Positions 46,679-57,552 of a stretch of 64,000 nucleotides of DNA are shown piece by piece. Below the pieces are notes generated by a model, which saw only the letters and a program-made list of their open reading frames with translations, was not told the origin of the DNA and ran no database searches. The position numbers were made by a program, and so were the translations under genes. Every line of letters starts with the position of its first letter. Within the stretch, counting starts at the first letter, position 1. The DNA is taken from positions 9,596-73,595 of the forward strand of contig JBNJHN010000003.1 of NCBI GenBank assembly GCA_051748565.1, in the 5' to 3' direction. Source of the DNA: Bacillota bacterium. Lineage in GTDB: Bacteria > Bacillota > Dethiobacteria > DTU022.

Positions 46679-47809
46679 ATGGATTTAAATAAGTGGCCCC
46701 GACAGGAAGGCCCGGTTGACCACATGCTTTATGGTGAAGAACATTTTGGTACAGAGCCTCCCTGTGTATTGTACGAAAAAAAGCCTGTGCTGGATCCTGA
46801 AGGTAAAGAAGTGGAAGGGCTTAACTCAGCCTGGGTAATTTTAAATAACCCCAGTCAGTATAATTCTTATACCACAGAAATGGTTAAAGGAGTTATCGCC
46901 GGGATGCACAAGGCAGCCATGGATCGTTCCGTGGTTGCAGTAGTATTTACTGCTGTTGGTGACAAAGCTTTTTGTACCGGCGGGAATACCAAGGAATACG
47001 CTGAATACTACAGTGGAAACCCCACCGAATACGGTTATTACATGGATCTTTTTAACGGGATGGTCGATTCAATCCTGATGTGTAAAAAACCGGTAATCTG
47101 CCGTGTAAACGGAATGAGGGTTGCAGGCGGACAGGAGATCGGTATGGCCTGCGACCTTACCATTGCATCAGACCTGGCAATTTTCGGCCAGGCCGGGCCC
47201 AAGCATGGTTCTGCACCTGTTGGCGGCTCCACCGATTTTCTTCCCCTTTACCTGTCTATGGAGCAGGCCATGTGGAGCTGTATCTCCTGCGAAATGTGGA
47301 GTGCCTATAAGATGCAACGCGAAGGCCTTATTTCAAAGGCAGTACCTGTTCTCAAGGTTGATGGGAAGATTGTCCGCAACCCTCTGATTATTACCGATAA
47401 GTATGTTGATAACGGAGAAATAGTTTATGGCGAATCGGTCAGAGGTGAAGCGGCTGCCAAGGCTAAAGAATTGCTAAAGTCCTCTGAAACTGACTTCTCT
47501 TTGCTCGACAACGAAATTGACAAGGTCCTCTGGACCCTGACCAACCTGTTCCCCAACTGCCTGATGATGTCTATCGACGGGATTCGTCAGAAGAAGAAGT
47601 TTTTCTGGGATCAGGCTAAGCTGCCCAGCCGTCACTGGCTCTCTGCCAACATGCAGACGGAAGCCTACCTGGGCTTTAACGCTTTTAATACCAAGAGACT
47701 TAGAGGAAAAGATACTATTGACTTTATCAAGTACCGCCAACTTCTTGCCGAAGCCAGTCCTTTCGACCAGGAACTGATCGATGCTGTTATGGGTGAGCGG
47801 CTTGAATAA
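46679..47809 (+). CDS. bamA: 6-oxocyclohex-1-ene-1-carbonyl-CoA hydrolase (ring-cleaving, crotonase superfamily)
   Basis: 376 aa. Contains SQYNSYTT and GGQEIGMACDL, the peptide motifs targeted by the widely used bamA/oah marker-gene primers, plus the extended C-terminus typical of Oah. Confidence 0.85.
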   Translation: MDLNKWPRQEGPVDHMLYGEEHFGTEPPCVLYEKKPVLDPEGKEVEGLNSAWVILNNPSQYNSYTTEMVKGVIAGMHKAAMDRSVVAVVFTAVGDKAFCTGGNTKEYAEYYSGNPTEYGYYMDLFNGMVDSILMCKKPVICRVNGMRVAGGQEIGMACDLTIASDLAIFGQAGPKHGSAPVGGSTDFLPLYLSMEQAMWSCISCEMWSAYKMQREGLISKAVPVLKVDGKIVRNPLIITDKYVDNGEIVYGESVRGEAAAKAKELLKSSETDFSLLDNEIDKVLWTLTNLFPNCLMMSIDGIRQKKKFFWDQAKLPSRHWLSANMQTEAYLGFNAFNTKRLRGKDTIDFIKYRQLLAEASPFDQELIDAVMGERLE

Positions 47810-48000
47810 ACAGTGATTTCAGGATCAGGGTAACTATGAAAATATATGGTCGGTGTTCTCTGCCTTGCATTTAATACGGTATTATGCATCAGACAGATGA
47901 CGAAACAATGAGGACATGACGCAGGTTTTCAATTAAAGAACAATTGGGAATGCCGACCATGTTTTCCTCCCAGCAGGTCAAAAAAATGGGGTGATTTGTT

Positions 48001-48765
48001 TTGGCTTATGAATTTTTAAAAACTAAAAGCGAAGCCGGGGTAGTAACTATTATCCTGGACCGGCCTCCCCTGAATGTATTAAATATAGAGATGATGGAAG
48101 AGTTAATAGTCGCTTTGAAATGGGCCGATGAGCAGCCCGAATCCCTGCTGGCAATAACAGGTGAAGGTAAAGCCTTTTCTGCCGGTGTTGATATCGCCGA
48201 CCATACCCCGGATAAAGTTGACATGATGATCGATGTATTCGACCGTCTTTTCCTAACCATGTCCGAAATCAAGAAACCGATTGTTGCCATTGTTAACGGA
48301 GCTGCTCTCGGGGGCGGCTATGAGATTGTTTTATTCTGTGACCTGGTAGTGACTTCCGATAAGGCTAAGCTGGGCCAGCCGGAAACAAAAGTGGGAGTTT
48401 TCCCGCCGATTGCCTGTTACATTTTGCCCAATCTTGTCTCCTGGCCTTTGGCCATGGAAATAATCTTAAGTGGTGACATATTTGATGCGGCTCGGGCTGA
48501 GGAGATCGGCCTTGTAAACAAAGTAATCCCCGCAGAAGACTTTGACCAAGGAGTAGAAGAATTTCTGAAACGGTTTTCCGAAATGAGCCCTGCTGTTCTG
48601 GCATTGGCTAAAAAAGCGGCAAAAGCAGGTGTCGGTAAAGATTTTTCGGAAGGTATCGAAGCAATTGACTGGATCTACCTTAATGAGCTTATGAAGACCG
48701 ATGATGCTGTCGAGGGCCTGCAGGCATTTATGGAAAAGAGAAAACCGGTTTGGCGGGGAAAATAA
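48001..48765 (+). CDS. dch: Enoyl-CoA hydratase; cyclohexa-1,5-diene-1-carbonyl-CoA hydratase (Dch)-like by context
   Basis: Crotonase fold (FSAGVDI, NGAALGGGYE), 254 aa with a TTG start. The function is assigned from its position between oah and had. Confidence 0.6.
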   Translation: MAYEFLKTKSEAGVVTIILDRPPLNVLNIEMMEELIVALKWADEQPESLLAITGEGKAFSAGVDIADHTPDKVDMMIDVFDRLFLTMSEIKKPIVAIVNGAALGGGYEIVLFCDLVVTSDKAKLGQPETKVGVFPPIACYILPNLVSWPLAMEIILSGDIFDAARAEEIGLVNKVIPAEDFDQGVEEFLKRFSEMSPAVLALAKKAAKAGVGKDFSEGIEAIDWIYLNELMKTDDAVEGLQAFMEKRKPVWRGK

Positions 48766-48789
48766 TATTCTCAAAGGAGGTTTTACCTC

Positions 48790-49857
48790 ATGAGTGTACC
48801 GTCAAAAATTGAAACATGGCAGATGGCGGAACCTAAAAAACTTGTTCGGACCAGTATCGATGTGCCGGAACTGAAACCCGGAGAAGTCCTGGTTGAGGTT
48901 GCCGGCTGTGGAGTTTGTCATACCGATGTCGGCTATTTTTATGATGGGGTACCAACCGTCAGCGATCCACCGCTGACATTGGGACACGAAATAAGCGGGC
49001 GCGTTGTGGCCGGTGATGAGGAATTGATCGGCAAGGAGGTTATTATACCCGCGGTTATGCCCTGCAATAGTTGCGATATTTGTGCAGAAGGCCGTGGAAA
49101 CCGCTGCCTTAAACAAAAAATGCCTGGTAACAGCATGGGCACATACGGTGGTTTTGCCAGCCACATACCGGTGCCTGCTGATGATCTATGCGTGATTGAA
49201 GATCGTAAAGGCATGGATTTGGAATATTTTTCGGTAGTGGCTGATGCGATTACCTCTCCCTATCAGGCCGCTAAAAGGGCTGATATTAAACCCGGTGACA
49301 GAGTTGTGGTTGTTGGCGCAACAGGTGGTATTGGCGTCTATATGACCCAGATTGCCGCCGCCCTTGGAGCTGAAGCCGTTATAGCTATTGCAAGAAATAA
49401 AGAAAAACTTGATAGATCATTAGAATTTGGTGCTACTCATGCTATCAGCACGCTTGACCAGAGCGTAAAAGATGTCCGCGATGCCTATAGGGCTTATTGC
49501 AAAGAAAATCGCCTGCCCGGTCACGGTTGGAAGATTTTTGAGTGCACCGGTAGTAAGATGGGCCAGGAAATCGGGCTTGAACTGCTTTCTTTCACCGGAA
49601 AACTTCTGGTGGTTGGTTTCGGAATGCAGAAGGTGGAGTACATGCTTTCCCGCTTGATGGCTTTTGATGCAGAAATTATCGGGACCTGGGGCTGCTTGCC
49701 AAAATATTACAAGGAAGTATTACAAATGGTTCTTGACGATAAATTACAGATCAAACCCTTCGTAGAACTGCGGCCCATGAGTCGGATCGAAGAATCATTT
49801 GAACAATCACATGCCGGAAAACTGATGCAAAGAGTGGTGCTTACTCCTGATTTTTAG
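48790..49857 (+). CDS. had: Zn-dependent alcohol dehydrogenase-family protein; 6-hydroxycyclohex-1-ene-1-carbonyl-CoA dehydrogenase (Had)-like by context
   Basis: GHEISGRV, a structural Zn Cys cluster (CNSCDICAEGRGNRC) and GATGGIG NAD-binding motif. Adjacent to oah and dch. Confidence 0.7.
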   Translation: MSVPSKIETWQMAEPKKLVRTSIDVPELKPGEVLVEVAGCGVCHTDVGYFYDGVPTVSDPPLTLGHEISGRVVAGDEELIGKEVIIPAVMPCNSCDICAEGRGNRCLKQKMPGNSMGTYGGFASHIPVPADDLCVIEDRKGMDLEYFSVVADAITSPYQAAKRADIKPGDRVVVVGATGGIGVYMTQIAAALGAEAVIAIARNKEKLDRSLEFGATHAISTLDQSVKDVRDAYRAYCKENRLPGHGWKIFECTGSKMGQEIGLELLSFTGKLLVVGFGMQKVEYMLSRLMAFDAEIIGTWGCLPKYYKEVLQMVLDDKLQIKPFVELRPMSRIEESFEQSHAGKLMQRVVLTPDF

Positions 49858-49956
49858 AAAAAAAAATGCTAATATCCGGGACTCTAGGTCGAGGTTTTCC
49901 TGAAAATGTATATTACCCGGATTGCAAGTTATTCCCTCTGAGAAGATTATCCCCCT

Positions 49957-49995
49957 CCCCGCCTGAAGGTGAGGTCCGGGGCGGGGGTTTCTTCT
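49957..49995 (+). terminator. Rho-independent terminator candidate after had
   Basis: ccccgcc-N16-ggcgggg followed by a T-rich tract. Confidence 0.4.
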
Positions 49996-50176
49996 TCTCT
50001 CTTTTTCCGAAGGGTCAGTTTGGGTGCGGATGAAGAAAGTTTTGGGGGAGGCTGATACAGTGGAATATTTAATTATAGAAAACAACGCTTGATTTTAAAC
50101 CGAACCATAAATATTTAGTATAACCGTAAAAATATTTTTTTATTTGATATGCTGATATCCTATATTGAGCCTGTCA

Positions 50177-51439
50177 ATGAGGAGAATAGAAACATTGATA
50201 AAACGGTTTTTATCAAATGAGGGTAAATCAGGCATTCATTACGGTTATGTGATCATAAGCATGGGAACCATGGTCGTGGCGGGTTCCCTTGGTTTTGCCC
50301 GCTTTGGTTATACCATGATCCTGCCGGTCATGCAGCGCAGCCTGGGTTTGAGTTTAACTGAGATGGGTCTGTTGGCTACCGGAAACATGATCGGATATCT
50401 GTTTTTTTCATTAATCGGAGGGATGCTGGCCAGTAAATACGGTCCAAAACTTGTCATTACGCTATCTTTGTTTGTGGTAGGATTGGCCATGATCGGCACC
50501 GGTTTAGCCCAGGGTTTTGCCCTGGCGCTCTTCATGCGCATAATCACCGGTTTGGGAAGTGGTGGCAGTAATGTCCCGGTTATGGGTATTGCCTCTTCAT
50601 GGTTTGCACCGCGGAAAAGAGGTATGGCTACCGGTATTATGGTAGGGGGAAGCGGGATTGGCCTTGTATTGGTTGGATTAGTGCTTCCGAGAATTTTTGC
50701 TTATTACGGAGAAATGGGCTGGCGCGTTGGCTGGTACCTGCTCGGCGGTTTGGTTATTATCATTGGTTTTATGGCCTTAAAATTTCTTGTCAATCGGCCT
50801 GCTGACCTGGGTTTGTGCCCAGTTGGCGGTGAGGAAGCGATTAAGGGGCAGAACGGTGTATCATCTTTGCAGTGGTCACTGGTTTACCGCTCAAAAACTA
50901 TCTGGCACCTGGCTTCCATCTACTTCCTTTTTGGCTTCTCATACATAATTTATGCTACTTTTTTTGCCTCTTTTCTGGTCGATGAACGTGGTTTACTGGA
51001 GACCACAGCCGGTAGTTTGTGGGCTTTGATCGGAGTGCTCAGTATTTTCAGCGGTCTGCCCTGGGGACTTATCTCAGATCGCTTTGGTCGAAGAACCGGC
51101 CTGGTTGCTATTTTTTTATTACAATTTGCTTCTTTTTTAATCTTCTCACTTACTGCTAATTTCAGTGGTTACTTAATCTCAGCAGTTCTTTTCGGCTTAA
51201 CAGCATGGAGTATCCCCGGTGTTATGGCTGCCAGTGTAGGAGATCATTTGGGGAGCAGGCTGGCTCCGGCTGCCCTGGGAATTATAACCCTTGTTTTCGG
51301 GGCGGGGCAGGCTTTGGGCCCTGCTATTTCCGGTTATCTTGCAGACCTTACTTCTTCTTTTTCTCTTGCTTTTCTTCTAGCCGCCTGCGCTGCACTGCTC
51401 GGAGCGATTTCTTCATTATTTTTAAAATTACACTCATAA
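50177..51439 (+). CDS. MFS transporter
   Basis: About 12 TM helices. The start codon is uncertain (TTG at 50165 or ATG at 50177). Confidence 0.65.
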   Translation: MRRIETLIKRFLSNEGKSGIHYGYVIISMGTMVVAGSLGFARFGYTMILPVMQRSLGLSLTEMGLLATGNMIGYLFFSLIGGMLASKYGPKLVITLSLFVVGLAMIGTGLAQGFALALFMRIITGLGSGGSNVPVMGIASSWFAPRKRGMATGIMVGGSGIGLVLVGLVLPRIFAYYGEMGWRVGWYLLGGLVIIIGFMALKFLVNRPADLGLCPVGGEEAIKGQNGVSSLQWSLVYRSKTIWHLASIYFLFGFSYIIYATFFASFLVDERGLLETTAGSLWALIGVLSIFSGLPWGLISDRFGRRTGLVAIFLLQFASFLIFSLTANFSGYLISAVLFGLTAWSIPGVMAASVGDHLGSRLAPAALGIITLVFGAGQALGPAISGYLADLTSSFSLAFLLAACAALLGAISSLFLKLHS

Positions 51440-51564
51440 ACCCGGATGAAGGTAATCGGCAGCCGGTGTGGAAATAATTTATCAGTATTTAGATAGTACT
51501 TATAGCCATGTGGTTTTTTATCGCAGTAGTATATGCTTGAATGGTTGCGAAGGAGGGATGAACT

Positions 51565-52533
51565 GTGACAGATAAAAATAAGAATCAGGAGCATGCCTGT
51601 ATCACAGAGGAAGCAATATTGGCGGCCTATCGAAAGAAACTTCCTCTGGTATTAGAAAAAATTATCGAGAGTTGCAACGTACAAAATTGCAGCAGTCACA
51701 TCGATTATGAGCCGATACCATCTAAAGAATCTGTTGTTAAAATAATCGATAAATTATTGGAAATAATTTTCCCGGGCTTTTTTAACCCCGAGAAACTGGA
51801 TCCCATAAATCTGAATTTCCACATCGGTCAGAGTGTAACCCAGCTTTACAGCATGATGGCCGAACAGGTTGTTAGCAGTATCCGGCATGACTGTATGCGC
51901 TATAATCTGACCTGCAGGGAGTGTATTGAAAATGGATATGATATTACACTAAAAGTATTGGAAAAGATTCCTGAAATTCGCCATACACTGACAACTGATG
52001 TTCAAGCTGCATATGACGGAGATCCTGCTGCCAGGAGCTATGATGAAATAATTTTCAGCTATCCGGGAATATATGCCATTACAATATACAGGGTGGCGCA
52101 TTTGCTCTATCGGTTTGATGTGCCTCTTTTACCGAGAATTATGACTGAATACGCTCACAGCCAGGCGGGTATTGATATCCATCCGGGTGCAGTGATTGGT
52201 GAACGTTTTGTGATAGACCATGGAACAGGAGTTGTAATTGGCGAAACGGCTACCATTGGTAAGGATGTCCGCATTTATCAGGGGGTTACTTTAGGCGCTC
52301 TTTCGCTGCCCCGAGGTGCCGGTGGAAAGCTTCGCGGCCAAAAGCGGCACCCTGATATTGAAGATAATGTGATTATTTATTCAGGGGCAACAATACTTGG
52401 AGGAAATACAACCATTGGAGCGAGATCTGTAATTGGTGGTAATGTTTGGATCACCGAATCAGTTCCACCTGATACACAGGTGATAATGGAAGAGCCGCAG
52501 CTGGTATACAAAAAAGGCCGGGGAAAATATTGA
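51565..52533 (+). CDS. cysE: Serine O-acetyltransferase
   Basis: SATase N-terminal domain plus hexapeptide repeats (DIHPGAVIGERFVIDHGTGVVIGETA). The GTG start lies 7 nt after AAGGAGGG. Confidence 0.8.
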   Translation: MTDKNKNQEHACITEEAILAAYRKKLPLVLEKIIESCNVQNCSSHIDYEPIPSKESVVKIIDKLLEIIFPGFFNPEKLDPINLNFHIGQSVTQLYSMMAEQVVSSIRHDCMRYNLTCRECIENGYDITLKVLEKIPEIRHTLTTDVQAAYDGDPAARSYDEIIFSYPGIYAITIYRVAHLLYRFDVPLLPRIMTEYAHSQAGIDIHPGAVIGERFVIDHGTGVVIGETATIGKDVRIYQGVTLGALSLPRGAGGKLRGQKRHPDIEDNVIIYSGATILGGNTTIGARSVIGGNVWITESVPPDTQVIMEEPQLVYKKGRGKY

Positions 52534-52591
52534 TGGTATTTTCATCAGCATTGTTCAAACTTTATATTAATGAAAGGAGGATTGATTTTTG

Positions 52592-52783
52592 ATGTGTATG
52601 GTTACAGTTTATAAAAATTGCTTGAACGAGGAAAATAAAGTAGCTGAAAAAGTGACAAGGTACGCCTTGGATCTGCTATCAAAGAAGCTTACAGTTTATC
52701 CCATGCTGGAAGAACCGAGAGAGTTTGATATTACCAGGGGAGTTAGCTGGGACGAAAGTAACGATTCGATGATTATTGAATAA
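52592..52783 (+). CDS. Small hypothetical protein (63 aa)
   Basis: An ATG 8 nt after AAAGGAGG. No recognisable domain. Confidence 0.25.
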   Translation: MCMVTVYKNCLNEENKVAEKVTRYALDLLSKKLTVYPMLEEPREFDITRGVSWDESNDSMIIE

Positions 52784-52851
52784 CCAGACTATATTTACGA
52801 TTTATTAAATTTTTGCTGGAGTTATAAGTGAGATTTAAGAGAGCAATCTAA

Positions 52852-53553
52852 TCACAAATACACCATACGATTATTTCTATCCAGGAACATTTTAGTGGTC
52901 CTTGCATTCAGGATACGTTCAATGTCAGCAGCCATTTCATCGCGGGCAGTTATTACTCTTTCAAGATTGTAGTTTGTAAAACCGTCAATAGGAAAGAAGA
53001 TATTTGTGCTTTTTGCAGTCACCCTGCCCCGATCGCTCTGCCGCCAGATCCACTTTCTGGTCTTAATATTGTGGCCGGAAGCATAAACCAGTTCTTCCAC
53101 ATCTATCATTTCCGGATCAGTTTGACCAAAAGGAATAAAAACATCGCCTTTTCTGCTAAATCGAACCACTATATTGCCTTCATCTGTATCAAGATCATGG
53201 GCACCCATGGGCAGGGAATATTTTAATGAATATGTGTTAACCAGGTTCACAGCGGGGTTGATGTCAGGGAGGTTGTTCCCTTTGACAATGCGGGAGGTTA
53301 GAGCTTCAACCGAACAGGGAAACTTGTTTGGATTGATATTCATTTTTTTAAATGAATCCCGATATGGTTGTAAGTCCCGATGTTCCTTTGGTTTAATCGA
53401 ACGGAATTTTTTACGAGCTTCATCAATTGACTGTTCAAGTAATCCCCATATCTCATTATTGTTCCCGCTATTATCAAGGTCCCTGGCGACAACTACTCCG
53501 AAGCATACTTCCGGCAGGATCAAAAATACCTTTTCGTCAACAATAAACTGCAT
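52852..53553 (-). CDS. B3/B4 tRNA-binding-domain protein
   Basis: 233 aa, B3/4-domain-like by composition and length. Moderate confidence. Confidence 0.55.
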   Translation of the reverse strand: MQFIVDEKVFLILPEVCFGVVVARDLDNSGNNNEIWGLLEQSIDEARKKFRSIKPKEHRDLQPYRDSFKKMNINPNKFPCSVEALTSRIVKGNNLPDINPAVNLVNTYSLKYSLPMGAHDLDTDEGNIVVRFSRKGDVFIPFGQTDPEMIDVEELVYASGHNIKTRKWIWRQSDRGRVTAKSTNIFFPIDGFTNYNLERVITARDEMAADIERILNARTTKMFLDRNNRMVYL

Positions 53554-53675
53554 CTGTCAATCACCCCATCTTCATTTAATAATATTATAGAGGAAGTTGT
53601 CGCCGTCTGTCGAATCAATTTTCATAATTCCAAGTTAACCATGCTTCGATAATTAAGGAGGAGTTTTTAAGAAAC

Positions 53676-54110
53676 ATGAAAATTATCGTTGATGCCGATG
53701 CCTGCCCCAAAGCGGTTCTGCAAAACTGCATTGATATGGGGCTGAAATACAATATCGAGGTGTGGACAGTAGCCAGTTTTAACCATAATATAAAATCCGA
53801 TCATCATATCATGGTCGGCAGTGACTCACAGGAGGCTGATATTAAAATAACAAATCTTGCTGAAAAGGGAGACATTGTTGTTACCCAGGACTGGGGCCTT
53901 GCAGCGATGCTTGTTGGTAAACAGGCCAGGTGTATAAACCCGGACGGTAAAGAATACCGGCCTGAATATATAGGCTTTTTGTTGGAAGAGAGGGAGCTAA
54001 AAGCTAAATATCGTCGCAGTGGAGGCAGGACCAAAGGGCCTAAAAAGCGGACCGATAAAAATGATATCTATTTTTTTATCGAACTGGAGAAAATGATAAA
54101 ACAGGGATAA
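53676..54110 (+). CDS. YaiI/UPF0178 (DUF188) family protein
   Basis: [12 protein letters not shown]-terminus, characteristic of YaiI. Confidence 0.7.
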   Translation: MKIIVDADACPKAVLQNCIDMGLKYNIEVWTVASFNHNIKSDHHIMVGSDSQEADIKITNLAEKGDIVVTQDWGLAAMLVGKQARCINPDGKEYRPEYIGFLLEERELKAKYRRSGGRTKGPKKRTDKNDIYFFIELEKMIKQG

Positions 54111-54505
54111 TTTCTTTACCCCTGAATATTTTTGTTGCGCTTTCACAACCAACAATTTACAGCTTAAGACCAGTCAGGCAGGGATAACTATCACAAATGC
54201 TATATAACCTCTACGGCGAGGGTTATCAAACCTGGTATTATTTTTCTCCCCAATCATTTTTACCTCCCCTCATATCAGATCAATTGTTTCCTCAGCCGAC
54301 CTATTTAGATATTAAACTGTGAATTTGGCAATATCCTTTAGGATAATGTTGTTGAATATGCCTGGTCCGGCGCTGTCATCATTATATTTATCCCTATCCC
54401 CAATGGCAGCAATAAGTATGATATTATGAAAGAAATAAATATATATGAATCTAACCTGATCATTAGTTAAGTCAATTTAAACAGTAATAAGAAGGGAGTG
54501 AGATA

Positions 54506-55276
54506 ATGTCTGAAATTTTATTTCAAGCTGCAATTGTGATCTTCATTTACTTTTTTGCGTTTTTCCTGGTAGCCCAGTATATCCGTAATAATTCTATAGT
54601 GGATATGGGCTGGGGCGCGGGGTTTGTACTTGTGGCCTTTGTTATACTTGTAAGCCAGGGTGCTTACGTGGAGAGGAACCTGTTGATTACCCTGCTGGTT
54701 ACTATCTGGGGTGGCAGGTTAACTTATTATATCGTGAGGCGTAACTGGGGCAAGCCTGAAGATTTCCGCTATGCCAAGTGGCGGAAGGAATGGGGCAAAT
54801 GGCTGGAGCCCAGGGCATTTTTGCAGATTTTTATGCTGCAGGGTGTTTTGATGCTGATCATTGGTTACCCGATTATCGTAGTTAACGCTAACCCGCAGCC
54901 CGGATTAAATTTTATTGATTATCTGGGGCTATTAATCTGGATTACCGGTTTTATTTTTGAATCTGTTGGAGATAAACAACTTGCAGAGTTTAAGAAGGAT
55001 CCTGCCAACAAGGGGCACGTTATTCAAAGCGGCCTCTGGAAATATACTCGCCACCCCAATTACTTTGGAGAAGCGACCATGTGGTGGGGCATTTTCCTGT
55101 TGACTATTTCTGTGCCTCTCGGTTGGAGCGCGGTTATCAGTCCGTTGACGATAACCCTGATGTTGCTGTATGTTTCGGGAGTGCCCATGCTGGAGAAAAA
55201 ATATAAAGATAATCCTGAATTCCAGGAATATGCCCGGCGTACAAACAAGTTTTTTCCCTGGTTTCCAAAAAAATAA
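54506..55276 (+). CDS. DUF1295 / steroid-5-alpha-reductase-like membrane protein
   Basis: Polytopic membrane protein with a C-terminal HPNYFGE motif. Confidence 0.6.
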   Translation: MSEILFQAAIVIFIYFFAFFLVAQYIRNNSIVDMGWGAGFVLVAFVILVSQGAYVERNLLITLLVTIWGGRLTYYIVRRNWGKPEDFRYAKWRKEWGKWLEPRAFLQIFMLQGVLMLIIGYPIIVVNANPQPGLNFIDYLGLLIWITGFIFESVGDKQLAEFKKDPANKGHVIQSGLWKYTRHPNYFGEATMWWGIFLLTISVPLGWSAVISPLTITLMLLYVSGVPMLEKKYKDNPEFQEYARRTNKFFPWFPKK

Positions 55277-55300
55277 CATCCGGTTTGGAGGTTTTATATT

Positions 55301-55702
55301 ATGCTTCAATTTATTCTGCTGTACCTGGTAGTTTTAGGGGCATTCCTTGTAATTGACATGATCTGGCTGGGTCTGGTTGCCAGGACTTTTTACCGTGATC
55401 AACTTGGCTATATAATGAGTTTAAAAGTTAACTGGCCTGCCGCAATTATATTTTACCTGCTTTTCATTGTGGGGCTGATATTCTTTGTTGTATATCCTTC
55501 GATTGGCCGTGACAGCTGGGTTTATGCCTTTTTCAGCGGTGCTTTTTTCGGTCTTATTTGTTATGCCACTTACGATTTGACTAACCTGGCCACATTGAAA
55601 GATTGGCCTCTCAAGGTTACCCTGGTTGATCTGGCCTGGGGCTCGTTTTTATCGGCAGTTCTTTCATTAATTGGCTTCTTATATGGCAGGACATTATTTT
55701 AA
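55301..55702 (+). CDS. Small integral membrane protein (DUF2177-like)
   Basis: 133 aa with 4 TM helices. Confidence 0.5.
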   Translation: MLQFILLYLVVLGAFLVIDMIWLGLVARTFYRDQLGYIMSLKVNWPAAIIFYLLFIVGLIFFVVYPSIGRDSWVYAFFSGAFFGLICYATYDLTNLATLKDWPLKVTLVDLAWGSFLSAVLSLIGFLYGRTLF

Positions 55703-55760
55703 TCAGGTACCACTGGATGGGCGAAGACAAGTAGTATTTCTTCCCAATATCTATGGATGA

Positions 55761-57239
55761 CTATTTGCCAGTCATGTTTGTGAGCATGGGGACAGTCTGG
55801 GCGGCATCTCCCCAGAGAGTGATGACATGTGATTGTCTGTAAAGCAGGTTATCGACGCCTGAATATCCGGGTTTCTCGTCCAGATTGCAGATAATTATAT
55901 TTTTTGCTTTTTCAGCATCCAGTATTGGCATTCCGGAAATTGGTGTTCCCTCTGCAGCATTGGCTGCAGGATTAATTACATCACAGGCTCCGACTACGAT
56001 TACCAGGTCGGCATGAGGGAACTGGGGATTGATGGCATCGATATCCATTAGTTTTTCGTAATCGATTCCTGCTTCGGCTAAAAGCACATTCATGTGTCCG
56101 GGCATTCGTCCTGCAACAGGGTGGATGGCAAACTTGACTTCTTTACCCATTCCTTCCAGGGCGTCTGTTAATTCACGGACTGCCATCTGGGCCTGGGCTA
56201 CGGCCATACCATAACCGGGCACAATAATAACTCTGCCGGCATTTTGAAGTATTTCAGAGAGCTTTTCCTCCGGGACTGCTTCACCGTTATCTTCCAGGAT
56301 CTTTTCTTCCTCAGCCGTTACACTGCCTTCGGCTGCGAGCTCTTCATCGCTTTTTTCAGATGAAATATCTGTTACTGCATCGGAAGACAGGCTTTCTGCC
56401 TGAGCCGGAGAGGTTTTAACCTGTGTGCCGGGGGTAAAACCGGCCAGCACTGCTAAAAGGCTTCGGTTCATGGCCCGACACATTATCCGGGTTAGAATGA
56501 GGCCGGCAACGCCAACAAGAGCTCCTGTTCCAGACAGGATTAGATTTCCGACAGCCAGTCCGGCTACTGCGGCAGCGATACCAGAAAAAGAATTTAAAAG
56601 GGAGATAACAATAGGCATGTCGGCTCCGCCTATACGCAGGGTCATAAAAAACCCGGCCACAAGTCCAAACAGGGCTACAAAGGGCATAACCTGCCCGAAG
56701 TAAAGACCCATAAAGCTCATATTAATGATTATCAAAAGGGCGGCTACCATAATTGTTGCCCGCAGAATGTGCCCGTGCCCTTTAAGCTGGATCGCTTTGC
56801 GAAAAGCGAGGCCTTGAAGTTTTAAGACGGCAATAATGCTGCCGCTGAATGTTAAAGAGCCTACGCTCATAGCCAGGCCGGATGTGCCCCAGAAAAGCAT
56901 TATTGCTCCTTCGCCTCCATAACCGAGAATGGCAGACCAGACAACTAATGCCGAAGCTGCTCCACCAAGTCCGTTTAACAGGGCAACTGTTTGGGGCATA
57001 TGGATCATTCTGACTGACTGGCCAAGGATTACCCCGAGGATTGCACCGATAAGCACATAGATAACAGCTGAAGAAATAGAGCCCTGACTTGTAGCGATAA
57101 AGGTCCAGGTAATGGCCAATAACATCGCTAAAGCGCCCAGCCGATTACCCCAGAGAGCGGTTTTTGGAGACTGCATTAGTCTTATACCTGCTAAAAATCC
57201 TATTATAATCAATGCCGCAAATGTTATTGTTATTGCCAC
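55761..57239 (-). CDS. pntB: NAD(P) transhydrogenase subunit beta
   Basis: 492 aa, N-terminal TM domain plus a C-terminal NADP(H)-binding dIII domain (GYGMAVAQAQ). Confidence 0.85.
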   Translation of the reverse strand: MAITITFAALIIIGFLAGIRLMQSPKTALWGNRLGALAMLLAITWTFIATSQGSISSAVIYVLIGAILGVILGQSVRMIHMPQTVALLNGLGGAASALVVWSAILGYGGEGAIMLFWGTSGLAMSVGSLTFSGSIIAVLKLQGLAFRKAIQLKGHGHILRATIMVAALLIIINMSFMGLYFGQVMPFVALFGLVAGFFMTLRIGGADMPIVISLLNSFSGIAAAVAGLAVGNLILSGTGALVGVAGLILTRIMCRAMNRSLLAVLAGFTPGTQVKTSPAQAESLSSDAVTDISSEKSDEELAAEGSVTAEEEKILEDNGEAVPEEKLSEILQNAGRVIIVPGYGMAVAQAQMAVRELTDALEGMGKEVKFAIHPVAGRMPGHMNVLLAEAGIDYEKLMDIDAINPQFPHADLVIVVGACDVINPAANAAEGTPISGMPILDAEKAKNIIICNLDEKPGYSGVDNLLYRQSHVITLWGDAAQTVPMLTNMTGK

Positions 57240-57535
57240 GGGATTTCCTGCACCTCACTCTCGCGTTTCTTACCCTTGAACATACGCAGCATCCGCTCGG
57301 TAACCCAAAATCCGCCCGCTACGTTAATCATAGCCAGGATCAGGGCCGCAGCAGCCCAGGCGCCGGCTTCTGCAGGAGCGGTGTTATATACTGCCAGGGC
57401 ACCAATTACTGTAATGCCCGAAAGAGCATTCATGCCGGACATTAGAGGGGTGTGCAGCAGGGGAGGTACCGCGGATATAACCCGGTAGCCCAGAAGCGCT
57501 GCAGCGATTAAAACAATGAGCAGTGCATAAATCAT
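57230..57535 (-). CDS. pntAB: NAD(P) transhydrogenase alpha subunit part 2 (membrane)
   Basis: 101 aa with 3 TM helices. Lies between pntAA and pntB. Confidence 0.75.
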   Translation of the reverse strand: MIYALLIVLIAAALLGYRVISAVPPLLHTPLMSGMNALSGITVIGALAVYNTAPAEAGAWAAAALILAMINVAGGFWVTERMLRMFKGKKRESEVQEIPWQ

Positions 57536-57552
57536 AAGTCAGATCAGCTCCT

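Noticed and set aside
54111-54505. Possible small gene or pseudogene in the 395-bp gap before the DUF1295 gene
   Set aside because: Only very short ORFs (under 30 aa) with no RBS are present, so the gap is treated as a promoter region.
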